Shown here one piece after another: positions 33,820 through 41,590 of a DNA stretch of 64,000 nt (position 1 is the first letter of the stretch; the number at the start of each line of letters is the position of its first letter). Position numbers and translations under genes: made by a program. This DNA is from Dehalococcoidia bacterium. Its GTDB lineage: Bacteria > Chloroflexota > Dehalococcoidia > Lucifugimonadales > UBA3495. The stretch lies in the NCBI GenBank assembly GCA_963667415.1, contig OY763410.1:656657-720656 (forward strand). The letters run 5' to 3'. The notes below the pieces were generated by a model. The model was not told where the DNA came from and ran no database searches. It was given only the letters and a program-made list of their open reading frames with translations.

Positions 33820-34983
33820 ATGATTACCAAGTTCGACAGCTTGTTCGCCGGCCACGTGGATATGACCAACATCGGCTACGGCGGCACCGCGGTCAACGAC
33901 CGCGTCTTTGACAACGACCACCTGTCCTCCGTCTTCCCCAAGTCCGAGGCCATCGCGAAGACCATGGACGAAAACGGCTACGACACCATGTGGATGGCGG
34001 AGCACCACTTCCAGCCCGAGGGCTACGAGTGCATACCCAACCTCATCATGCTCAACGTCCACCTCGCCCACCTGACCAAGGACCTCAAGTTCGGTTGCGG
34101 CTTCAACATCGCCCCGATGTGGCATCCACTGCGTTTGGCCGAGGACTTCGCCACCGCCGACATCCTGACCGGCGGCCGCGTCATCTTCGGCGTGGGCCGC
34201 GGCTACCACACCCGCGAGATCGAAACCTTCGGCTCGCCGCTGCAGGACCAGGACGCCAACCGCGAGCTGTTCGAGGAGCAGGTCGATATCATCTTCAAGG
34301 CCTTCAACGAGGAGTCGTGGTCGCACCAGGGCAAGAACTACACCCTGCCGCCCGAGGTGCCCTACCGCGGCTATACCCTGAAGGAGCTGACCCTGGTCCC
34401 CCGTCCGACGAAGCTACCCGTAGAGTGTTGGCAGCCCATCCAGGGCGGCACGCAGCGCGCCCTGGACTTCATGGTCAAGCACAACATCAAGGGCATCATC
34501 GGCGGCGGCGTGGCCGAGGGCGGCGCGATGGACAGCGTCATCTACGGCTATCGCGACGCCATGATTCGCGCCGGACATGAGGAACCCGAGCCGGGCACCA
34601 ACATCAGCGTCGGCTTCCACTTCCATCTCGCACCGTCGGTGGAGCAGGCGATGGACGAGGCCCAGGGCTTCTTCGAGGAGAACCTGAAGATGTTCGGCCC
34701 GCTGCGCCTGTCCCGCCGACTCTCCGACGAGGAGATACGCGACATCGGCGACCCAAGCCGTGCGCCCACCGCCGGGCTGCCCACCATCCAGGGTGCGGTC
34801 GAGGGCGGTGCGTTCCTGGCCGGCCCGCCCGACCGCGTCATCGAGCAGCTCAAGGCCGTCGAGAAGCAGTATCCGGGCCTCGAGCGCGTCGGCGTCAGCC
34901 ACCCCGTGGGCACCCCCCAGAGCGTCATCACCGAGCAACTCGAGTGGTTCGCCAAGGAAGTCATGCCCGAGTTCAAGAAGTAG
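33820..34983 (+). CDS. luciferase-like (LLM class) flavin-dependent oxidoreductase
   Basis: 387 aa with YDTMWMAEHHF...PLRLAEDFATADILTGGRVIFGVGRGY, typical of LLM monooxygenases. SD GGAGAA lies upstream. Confidence 0.88.
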   Translation: MITKFDSLFAGHVDMTNIGYGGTAVNDRVFDNDHLSSVFPKSEAIAKTMDENGYDTMWMAEHHFQPEGYECIPNLIMLNVHLAHLTKDLKFGCGFNIAPMWHPLRLAEDFATADILTGGRVIFGVGRGYHTREIETFGSPLQDQDANRELFEEQVDIIFKAFNEESWSHQGKNYTLPPEVPYRGYTLKELTLVPRPTKLPVECWQPIQGGTQRALDFMVKHNIKGIIGGGVAEGGAMDSVIYGYRDAMIRAGHEEPEPGTNISVGFHFHLAPSVEQAMDEAQGFFEENLKMFGPLRLSRRLSDEEIRDIGDPSRAPTAGLPTIQGAVEGGAFLAGPPDRVIEQLKAVEKQYPGLERVGVSHPVGTPQSVITEQLEWFAKEVMPEFKK

Positions 34984-35112
34984 ACGGGATATGCCGAGCC
35001 GGGCGAGCATGGACCAAGTGCAACGCCTTGTAGGGTCGTTTGATCATTGAGCCTGTGATGGTATAGACTAACAGTGTTGAACCACCCCACTCGCTTCATA
35101 GCGACTGGGCGT

Positions 35113-35143
35113 CAACGGCCACCTCCTAAAGAGGTGGCCGTTG
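35113..35143 (+). terminator. 13-bp stem hairpin (CAACGGCCACCTC/GAGGTGGCCGTTG) after the LLM cassette
   Basis: Perfect inverted repeat with a 5-nt loop, followed by CATTTGT. It lies 130 nt after the stop at 34983 and 17 nt before the NYN gene ATG. Confidence 0.5.
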
Positions 35144-35160
35144 CATTTGTAGGTCCATTG

Positions 35161-35805
35161 ATGAAGACCAACGTTTATATCGACGGCTTCAATCTGTACT
35201 TCGGGGCCCTCAAGGATACGCCCTTCAAGTGGCTTAATCTCTCCGCAATGTGTCAAATGCTTCTACCGGGTCGGAGCATCGGTAAAATCAGGTACTTCAC
35301 CGCACGGGTTATCCCGATGCAAAACGATAGGCAGGCCCCCAACAGGCAAGACACTTACTTGCGAGCACTGGAAACCCTACCGGAATTGACTGCTCACTTT
35401 GGCAGGTTTTCATCTCATCCAGCTTACGCCCCAGCCTATCCTCTCACTTTTTCGACCATAGATGGGAGTACCCGTACCGTCCGAATTCTCAAGACGGAAG
35501 AGAAGCGTACGGATGTGAACCTTGCAACTCTCTTGCTGATGGACTGTGTGGACGAAGCTTTTGAAGAGGCCGCGATTATTTCCAATGATTCTGACCTCCT
35601 GCTTCCGATTGAATATGCAATACATAAGTTCGGCAAGACAGTCGGAGTAATCAACCCTCATCGTCGGAACAAAGTGAGCCAGGAACTTGCCAAAGCCGCT
35701 AGCTGGACATATAGAGAAATCAACCGCAGCGTGCTCGCTGCCAGTCAGTTTCCCGACGTTGTTGAGCACCCCCGCGGCTCGATCACCAAGCCGTCTGCAT
35801 GGTGA
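35161..35805 (+). CDS. NYN-domain (LabA/DUF88-like) putative ribonuclease
   Basis: MKTNVYIDGFNLYFG...EEKRTDVNLA...IISNDSDLLLPI matches the NYN/PIN-like acidic-residue pattern. The gene lies in an AT-richer pocket. ATG 35161 was chosen. Confidence 0.75.
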   Translation: MKTNVYIDGFNLYFGALKDTPFKWLNLSAMCQMLLPGRSIGKIRYFTARVIPMQNDRQAPNRQDTYLRALETLPELTAHFGRFSSHPAYAPAYPLTFSTIDGSTRTVRILKTEEKRTDVNLATLLLMDCVDEAFEEAAIISNDSDLLLPIEYAIHKFGKTVGVINPHRRNKVSQELAKAASWTYREINRSVLAASQFPDVVEHPRGSITKPSAW

Positions 35806-35826
35806 TTCACGCTGCCTATCTCCGCG

Positions 35827-35855
35827 TTGACACGCCCATAGGCCCGTCTTACACT
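35827..35855 (+). promoter_or_regulatory. candidate promoter TTGACA-N17-TACACT for the selenoprotein operon
   Basis: TTGACA at 35827..35832, an exact 17-nt spacer, TACACT at 35850..35855. It lies about 50 nt upstream of ATG 35907. Confidence 0.5.
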
Positions 35856-35906
35856 CGCAGGCGACGCACGCTTCGGTCCCTTCCCAAAACTCCGCGAGTG
35901 TAGACG

Positions 35907-36941
35907 ATGCTGACAACCGAGCTTACCGACGCCATTGAGTTGATGTTCGAGACCGGCTGGACCGATGGCCTGCCCGTCGTGCCGCCGTCCGAGGAACTGG
36001 TCCGCCGCTTCGTGGCCCATACCGGGCGCGATGGCAACGAGCTCATCGCGGAGCTGCCCCCGCTGGAGGGCCGCGCCACCGTGGAGCGCATCGCCGTCAA
36101 CGCCGTCATGGCCGGTTGCATCCCCGAGCACATGCCCGTCGTCATCACCGCCCTGCAGGCCATGATGGACGAGCGATTCAACCTGCGCGGCGTAATGTGC
36201 TCCACTGGCATCCACACGCCGTTGCTCATCGTCAACGGCCCGGCGGTGCAGAAGCTGGACATCAATGGCGGCTACAACTGCTTCGGTGCAGGCTGGCGGG
36301 CCAACGCCACCATTGGCCGCGCCGTGAAGCTGGCGCTGGTCAACCTGGGCGGCGCAGTCCCTGGCGAGACCAACAAGGCAACCTTCGGCCACCCCGGCGC
36401 CTACACCTACTGCGTTGCAGAGGACGAGGCAGCCAACCCGTGGACGCCGATGCACGTCGAGATGGGCTACGCCGCCGCCGACAGCACCGTCACCGTGTTC
36501 CCCGCCGAGGCGCCACACAACGTCATGTACCACGCCTCCAACTCCCGCGACTTCCTGACCGTGTTGGCCGACACCATGTGCCCCCTGGGCAACGTCCAGA
36601 TGTACGTGATGGGCGACACCTTCGTTGCCATCGGACCGGAGCACACCAAGTTTCTCCACGCCGACGGCTGGAACAAGCGGGACATCCGGCAGTTCCTCTT
36701 CGAGCACGCCCGCAAGCCGGTTCGCATGATAAAGCACGGCGGCCCTCCCCAGGGCGACGCCCGCCGCGGCCACTTCTGGCCCAAATTCATCGACGCCGAG
36801 GACGACGACCAGATGGTCCCGGTGGTGCGTGCGCCCGACCGCATCCACATCTTCGTGGCGGGAGGCGCCGGTGGCCCCCACTCGGTCTACCTGCCCGGCT
36901 GGGGTTCCCGCGCCGTAACCCGCAAGATAGAAGGCATTTAG
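35907..36941 (+). CDS. conserved-looking protein of unknown function (344 aa), first gene of the selenoprotein operon
   Basis: Strong coding signal. The sequence includes MLTTELTDAIELMFETGWTDGLPVVPPSEELV...NAVMAGC...GVMCSTGIHTP. I cannot assign a family. The antisense 378-aa ORF is a GC shadow. Confidence 0.75.
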   Translation: MLTTELTDAIELMFETGWTDGLPVVPPSEELVRRFVAHTGRDGNELIAELPPLEGRATVERIAVNAVMAGCIPEHMPVVITALQAMMDERFNLRGVMCSTGIHTPLLIVNGPAVQKLDINGGYNCFGAGWRANATIGRAVKLALVNLGGAVPGETNKATFGHPGAYTYCVAEDEAANPWTPMHVEMGYAAADSTVTVFPAEAPHNVMYHASNSRDFLTVLADTMCPLGNVQMYVMGDTFVAIGPEHTKFLHADGWNKRDIRQFLFEHARKPVRMIKHGGPPQGDARRGHFWPKFIDAEDDDQMVPVVRAPDRIHIFVAGGAGGPHSVYLPGWGSRAVTRKIEGI

Positions 36942-36979
36942 GGGACATCCATTCCTGCAATAGCAATGGTGAGGAAACT

Positions 36980-37537
36980 ATGACTGCTACCAACGTCGAA
37001 GAACGCCTGAGACAGATGGGCCTGATGAGTCCCGTCGACCCTGACGCCGCCAATCGCTGGCGTCCCGCCCCTAGGCTCGACACCCTCCACGGCAAGGTGG
37101 GCGGTTTTCTGGGCAATCGGAAGGCCAACTCCGCGCTGCTGCTGCACAATGTTCGCGAGCTGCTGGACCGCGATATGGAGCTCGGCGACTCCATGGCCGT
37201 GGACAAGTACGTCTACTCCCGCCCGGCCGCCGACGATATCATTGACGACCTGGCCGTGCGCTGCGACTTCGTGGTGACTGCCATCGCGGATTGAGGGTCC
37301 TGCACCGCGTGCAGTGTGCACGACGCGATGACCCTCGAGAACCGCGGCGTCCCGACGGTGGTGCTGTGCACCGACCCGTTTCTGAACTCGGCCTTCCGCC
37401 ACGCCAACACCTTCGGCCGCCGCGACTTCCGGCCCCTCGGCTTCCCGCATCCGCTGGGTGGCCTGACCCCGGACCAGGTGTCCGTGCGTGCCGGCGAGCT
37501 GGAGCAAGCCGTGATTGATGTGCTGACGACGTATTAG
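36980..37537 (+). CDS. UGSC-motif selenoprotein (predicted Sec at codon 105 encoded by TGA 37292..37294)
   Basis: ATG 36980 is preceded by GGTGAGGAA. The tracked ORFs 36116..37294 and 37316..37537 are in the same frame (offset 1200 nt) and are separated only by TGA. Read-through gives ..DFVVTAIAD-U-GSCTACSVHDAMTLENRGVPTVVLCTDPF.. A SECIS-like hairpin directly follows the TGA. Confidence 0.75.
37295..37334 (+). promoter_or_regulatory. putative bacterial SECIS stem-loop
   Basis: By hand folding, the lower stem is GGGUC(37295-99)/GACCC(37330-34). The upper stem is CGCGUGCA(37306-13)/UGCACG-A-CG(37317-25). The apical loop is GUG (37314-16), which places G and U at +23/+24 from the UGA, as I recall for E. 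coli fdhF. Confidence 0.55.
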
Positions 37538-37618
37538 CAGCCTTCCGTAGCCCTTCTTCCCCCTGTGAAGTCAGGGTCACCGCTTTACCCGTAACGCAAC
37601 TAAAACAGGAGGCCCACG

Positions 37619-38512
37619 ATGGCAACCGTAGGCAGGGGCAAGTACACGTACGAGGTGGTCCCAGACTGGGAGAAGCTGCCCGAAGGCTGGGTGCTGGGCC
37701 AGACCGCCATCGTCACCGACTCACGGGACCGCGTCTACCTCTTCAACCGAGGCGATCACCCGCTGATCGTCCTCGACCGCGACGGCAACTTCCTCACCTC
37801 CTGGGGCGAGGGACAGCTTCCCGACGCCCACGGCATGTACATCGACGGCGAGGAGAACCTGTACATGCCCGTGAAGAACAGCCATGTCGTCCTGAAGTAC
37901 GACCCCAAGGGCAACCTGCTGATGACCATGGGCGAATGGGACGAGCCCTCCGACACTGGTTGGTCGGGCAACTACAGCGACACCGTCGAGCGCGCCGCCG
38001 GGCCCTTCAACCGGCCCAGCGACATCGCCATTCACCCCAGCGGCGACCTGTTCATCTCCGACGGATACGGCAACGCCCGCGTCCACCGTTTCACCAACAG
38101 CGGTCAACTCGTCGAGTCCTGGGGCAAGCCCGGCAAGACCGGACACGGAGAGTTCCACGTTCCCCACGGCGTTTGGGTGCATACCGATGGCCGCGTGTTT
38201 GTGGCCGACCGCGAGAACAACCGCATCCAGATATTCGATGACCGCGGCAACTTCCTCGAGCAGTGGCTGGGCCTCGCCCGCCCCTGCGACATCTACATCG
38301 ACGCCGACGAAGCTATCTTCGTACCCGAGCTTGACGGCTTCATGACCATCCTCGATATGGACGGCGACATCCTCGCCCGCTGGGGCAGCCCCGTCGAGGT
38401 GGAACACGGCCAGGGCGCCCACGCCGTCTGGGTAGATTCCCACGGCGACATCTACGTCAACCAGAACCTCGAGGGCCATCGGCTGGTCAAGTATCGCCAC
38501 GTAGGTGAGTAG
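37619..38512 (+). CDS. NHL-repeat six-bladed beta-propeller, peptidyl-alpha-hydroxyglycine alpha-amidating lyase (PAL)-like
   Basis: 297 aa with repeated blades such as FNRPSDIAIHPSGDLFISDGYGNARVHRF and HGVWVHTDGRVFVADRENNRIQIFD. SD ACAGGAGG lies upstream. Confidence 0.8.
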   Translation: MATVGRGKYTYEVVPDWEKLPEGWVLGQTAIVTDSRDRVYLFNRGDHPLIVLDRDGNFLTSWGEGQLPDAHGMYIDGEENLYMPVKNSHVVLKYDPKGNLLMTMGEWDEPSDTGWSGNYSDTVERAAGPFNRPSDIAIHPSGDLFISDGYGNARVHRFTNSGQLVESWGKPGKTGHGEFHVPHGVWVHTDGRVFVADRENNRIQIFDDRGNFLEQWLGLARPCDIYIDADEAIFVPELDGFMTILDMDGDILARWGSPVEVEHGQGAHAVWVDSHGDIYVNQNLEGHRLVKYRHVGE

Positions 38513-38585
38513 CGTCGCGAGGGCTTACCGGCGGCGGTCGCGGGTAGTCAGTCCCGCCGGGCATCAACACCTAGGAGCGGCTTAA

Positions 38586-39599
38586 ATGCGCATAGCCTAC
38601 CAGGTTGGCCACGTCGTTCACCGCGATTCCATCGACCACCAACAGCAGTGGCAGAACCATCTGGCGCAGTTTCGCGCATCGCGGGACGCCGGGTTCGACA
38701 TCTATTGCTGGGGCCACCACTACCTCATCGACCCCTTCCAGCACTTCCAGCCGTGGCCGGTCCTGGCCCGGCTGGCGGCCGAACCGGGCGACATGACCCT
38801 GGCGACATCGATACTGCTGCTGCCGCTTCTGAACCCCGTCGATGTGGCGGAGCAGGCTGCCACCCTGGACCACATCGCCGAGGGCCGCTTCGTCCTCGGC
38901 ATCGGCCTCGGTTACCGTCCCGAGGAGTTCGAGGCCTTTGGCGTCAGCATGTCGGAGCGGGGAGCCCGTTGCACCGAGGCCATGCACCTCATGCGCCGGC
39001 TGTGGAGCGAGGACGAGGTAACTCATCACGGGAAATTCTTCAACGTCACCGGAGCGAAGCCGACCGCGCGGCCCTACCAGAAGCCATATCCCAAGGTCTG
39101 GCAGGCGGCTATGAGCGACCCGGCCATCCGGCGCGTGGCGCGCGAGGGCGAGATTCTGTACGTCGGCCCGGCCCAGTCCAACGAGTCCGTTCGCCACCAG
39201 ATAGACCTCTACCATCGCACCCTCGAAGAGTCCGGACACGATGACCCCGGGGAAATGGTCATCGTACGCGAGTTTTACTGTGCCCCCACCCGCGAGGAGG
39301 CCTTGACCAGAGCCCAGGCAAACTTCGCCACAAAGTACGAGGTCTATGCCCAGCATGGCCTGCACGGCACCGACGGCGAACTCACCCGCAAAGTGACCGG
39401 CGACATGGAGTCGCTCATGGACGACACCTTCCTGGTCGGCAGCCCCGAGGAATGTATCGAGCAGATTGCCGCCTACCACGAAATGGGCTTCACCGACGTC
39501 GCCATTCGCCTGTTCTATCCGGAAATGTCCCAGGGCGAGGTGCTGGAACATATCGATCTCGTAGGACAAGAGGTGATTCCCGCCCTGCACGCGCTCTGA
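38586..39599 (+). CDS. luciferase-like (LLM class) flavin/F420-dependent oxidoreductase
   Basis: 337 aa with LLLPLLNPVDVAEQAATLDHIAEGRFVLGIGLGYRPEEFEAFG, typical of LLM enzymes. Confidence 0.88.
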   Translation: MRIAYQVGHVVHRDSIDHQQQWQNHLAQFRASRDAGFDIYCWGHHYLIDPFQHFQPWPVLARLAAEPGDMTLATSILLLPLLNPVDVAEQAATLDHIAEGRFVLGIGLGYRPEEFEAFGVSMSERGARCTEAMHLMRRLWSEDEVTHHGKFFNVTGAKPTARPYQKPYPKVWQAAMSDPAIRRVAREGEILYVGPAQSNESVRHQIDLYHRTLEESGHDDPGEMVIVREFYCAPTREEALTRAQANFATKYEVYAQHGLHGTDGELTRKVTGDMESLMDDTFLVGSPEECIEQIAAYHEMGFTDVAIRLFYPEMSQGEVLEHIDLVGQEVIPALHAL

Positions 39600-39601
39600 G
39601 C

Positions 39602-39632
39602 AACCCGGGCTTTCTTCCCGGGTTTTCTTTGT
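39602..39632 (+). terminator. rho-independent terminator (AACCCGGG-CTTTCTT-CCCGGGTT + TTCTTTGT)
   Basis: Perfect 8-bp GC-rich stem with a 7-nt loop and a T-rich tail, starting 3 nt after the stop codon. Confidence 0.75.
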
Positions 39633-39745
39633 AGCCACTCAGCCTGCTGTTACAATTGACGTTTACGCGGCATCCGGCATGTCCTGTCCGGGCGGCCGGA
39701 ACTCAGCGTGCCCCTTCCGGGGCCCGGCCGCTGCGGCCATTTGAG

Positions 39746-40321
39746 ATGTTTGAAGCCGCCATATGGATCGGAGTCGCCCTCTTCGGCTTGGCTTTGCTGG
39801 CCGTAGTCGAGCGCGTCCGCTCCAGCGCCTTCATGAAGGCCAATGGCGAGACGATCAAGGCATACCTCCCGACTGCCGCTCTTGCCCTGCTTGGATTCAT
39901 TGCCGGCTCCCTCGCCTACCTGTTCTTCTTCCTCTTTTTCATGATCGACATCTGGCAGTACGCCCTCGTAATCGGCGGCCTGATATTTGTCTTGTTGTTC
40001 GTCCGCATCCGGCGGAACTGGTCTGAATTTGCGAAGGTTGCCCCGTCCCCTTCGGGTCGGGTCGAGCAGCAATCACCCGCTTCCACCGGTCTGTTCCCGC
40101 GGATTGGGACCCTCATTCTTCAGGTCGCCGGGGCCATGGTGGCCCTGTTCATGATGCTTCCCGTATTGACCGGATTGTGTCTCCTCTACAACTTCGTGGC
40201 CCTCATAGCGGGAAGCGCCATCGCCAACCTCTTGCTTGCCGCCTCTGCTCTCTGTCTGGCGGCATACCTTTTCAGCCGCCTGCGCTCCCCGGCGCCATCC
40301 GACGCCGAGGGGCCCGACTGA
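39746..40321 (+). CDS. hypothetical integral membrane protein
   Basis: 191 aa from ATG 39746, with about five hydrophobic helices (IWIGVALFGLALLAVV, LALLGFIAGSLAYLFFFLFFMI and others). No family was recognised. Confidence 0.55.
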   Translation: MFEAAIWIGVALFGLALLAVVERVRSSAFMKANGETIKAYLPTAALALLGFIAGSLAYLFFFLFFMIDIWQYALVIGGLIFVLLFVRIRRNWSEFAKVAPSPSGRVEQQSPASTGLFPRIGTLILQVAGAMVALFMMLPVLTGLCLLYNFVALIAGSAIANLLLAASALCLAAYLFSRLRSPAPSDAEGPD

Positions 40322-40382
40322 CCGCTTCGCCCGGCAGACCGGTTCCAATGCGAATTTCCACACTGGCCAACAGGAGAGGACC

Positions 40383-41567
40383 ATGACCACTCAGAGTTCC
40401 CTGCTCACGATCGGCGACTACGAAGCCCGCGCCAAGGAGACCATGCCCAAGGCTCTGTTCGACAGGCTCTTCGGGGACCTTGACGCTCACGACTGGACCA
40501 CCAACACCGCCAATGTGCGCGCCATGGAGGCTGTCAAGCTCCGTCCTCGGGTCCTGGTTGACGTCAGCGAAATTGACCTGTCAACCGAGGTGCTGGGCCA
40601 GCGCATCAGCATGCCGGTGATGCTTGCTCCCACTGGCACCCACCAGCGCGCCCACCCGGCCGGTGAGTTGGCCGCGGCCCGCGCCGCCGCCTCCGCCGAC
40701 ACCATCATGGGCCTGAGCACCGCCTCCAGCTACAGCATCGAGGAGGTGGCAGAGGTCGCCGACAATCCTCTCTGGTTTCAGCTCTACTTCTTCCAGGACC
40801 GCGAGTTGACCGAAATTCTGGTGCGCCGCGCCGAGAACGCCGGCTACACCGCCATGATGCTTACCGTCGACAACCTGGGCGCCAACTCGCGCGAGCGCGA
40901 ATTTCGCTACGCCTACATCCTGGACCAGGAGCGCATCCTCAAGAACTTCGACGGCATCGAGCTTCCGAACCTGCCCAACCAGGGCAACTTCTCCGAGAGC
41001 TTCGAGCACGCCCTCAACTGGCGCGACCTGGAATGGCTGCGTTCGCTGACTTCCATGCCGCTGGTGGTCAAGGGAATCCAGACCGCCGAGGATGCCCGCC
41101 TCTGTGTCGAGCACGGCGCCGAGGCGCTGGTGGTATCCAACCACGGCGGCCATGCCCTGCAGGGTACCGAGGGCTCCATCGACATGCTCCCATCCATCGC
41201 CGACACTGTGGGAGACCGCCTCGAGGTCTACCTCGACGGCGGCATACGCAAGGGAGCCGATGTGCTCAAGGCCCTGGCTCTTGGCGCAAAGGCTACTTTC
41301 GTCGGACGGCCCATCTTCTGGGGTCTTTCCGTCGGGGGAGAGGCGGGTCTCACTCACTGCCTCGAAATCCTGCGCAACGAACTCAGCGTCGCCATGGGCC
41401 TCTGCGGCGTCACCGATGCCCGGCAGGTCGACCGCTCCGTGGCCCAGGACCCGGCAGCGGGTGGCTCTTCCGTCGTGGGCGACCTCGAGCGCCTCGCCCG
41501 CCTACTCGACCAAGGCTACCTCACGAGTGAGGAGTTCGAGTCCCAGAAGTCCCGCCTCCTGGGTTAA
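40383..41567 (+). CDS. FMN-dependent alpha-hydroxy acid dehydrogenase/oxidase (LldD/glycolate oxidase family) with C-terminal SHOCT domain
   Basis: ATG 40383 follows CAGGAGAGGA. The TIM-barrel motifs are present (MLAPTGTHQRAHP, LWFQLYF, VVKGIQT, VSNHGGHAL, DGGIRKGADVLKALALGA). The tail is DLERLARLLDQGYLTSEEFESQKSRLLG. Confidence 0.88.
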   Translation: MTTQSSLLTIGDYEARAKETMPKALFDRLFGDLDAHDWTTNTANVRAMEAVKLRPRVLVDVSEIDLSTEVLGQRISMPVMLAPTGTHQRAHPAGELAAARAAASADTIMGLSTASSYSIEEVAEVADNPLWFQLYFFQDRELTEILVRRAENAGYTAMMLTVDNLGANSREREFRYAYILDQERILKNFDGIELPNLPNQGNFSESFEHALNWRDLEWLRSLTSMPLVVKGIQTAEDARLCVEHGAEALVVSNHGGHALQGTEGSIDMLPSIADTVGDRLEVYLDGGIRKGADVLKALALGAKATFVGRPIFWGLSVGGEAGLTHCLEILRNELSVAMGLCGVTDARQVDRSVAQDPAAGGSSVVGDLERLARLLDQGYLTSEEFESQKSRLLG

Positions 41568-41590
41568 AATGGGCGCAGGAGGCAAGCATA

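Noticed and set aside
35745-36881. 378-aa minus-strand ORF opposite 35907..36941
   Set aside because: It is a Gly/Ala/Val/His-rich shadow ORF with no SD. The plus-strand gene has the better codon periodicity, a promoter and operon context.
36116-36979. N-terminal 288 codons of the tracked ORF 36116..37294
   Set aside because: This stretch overlaps the well-supported gene 35907..36941 in another frame and is Arg/Pro/His/Gly-rich, as expected of a high-GC shadow. A strong SD plus ATG at 36980 gives a sensible start for the selenoprotein.
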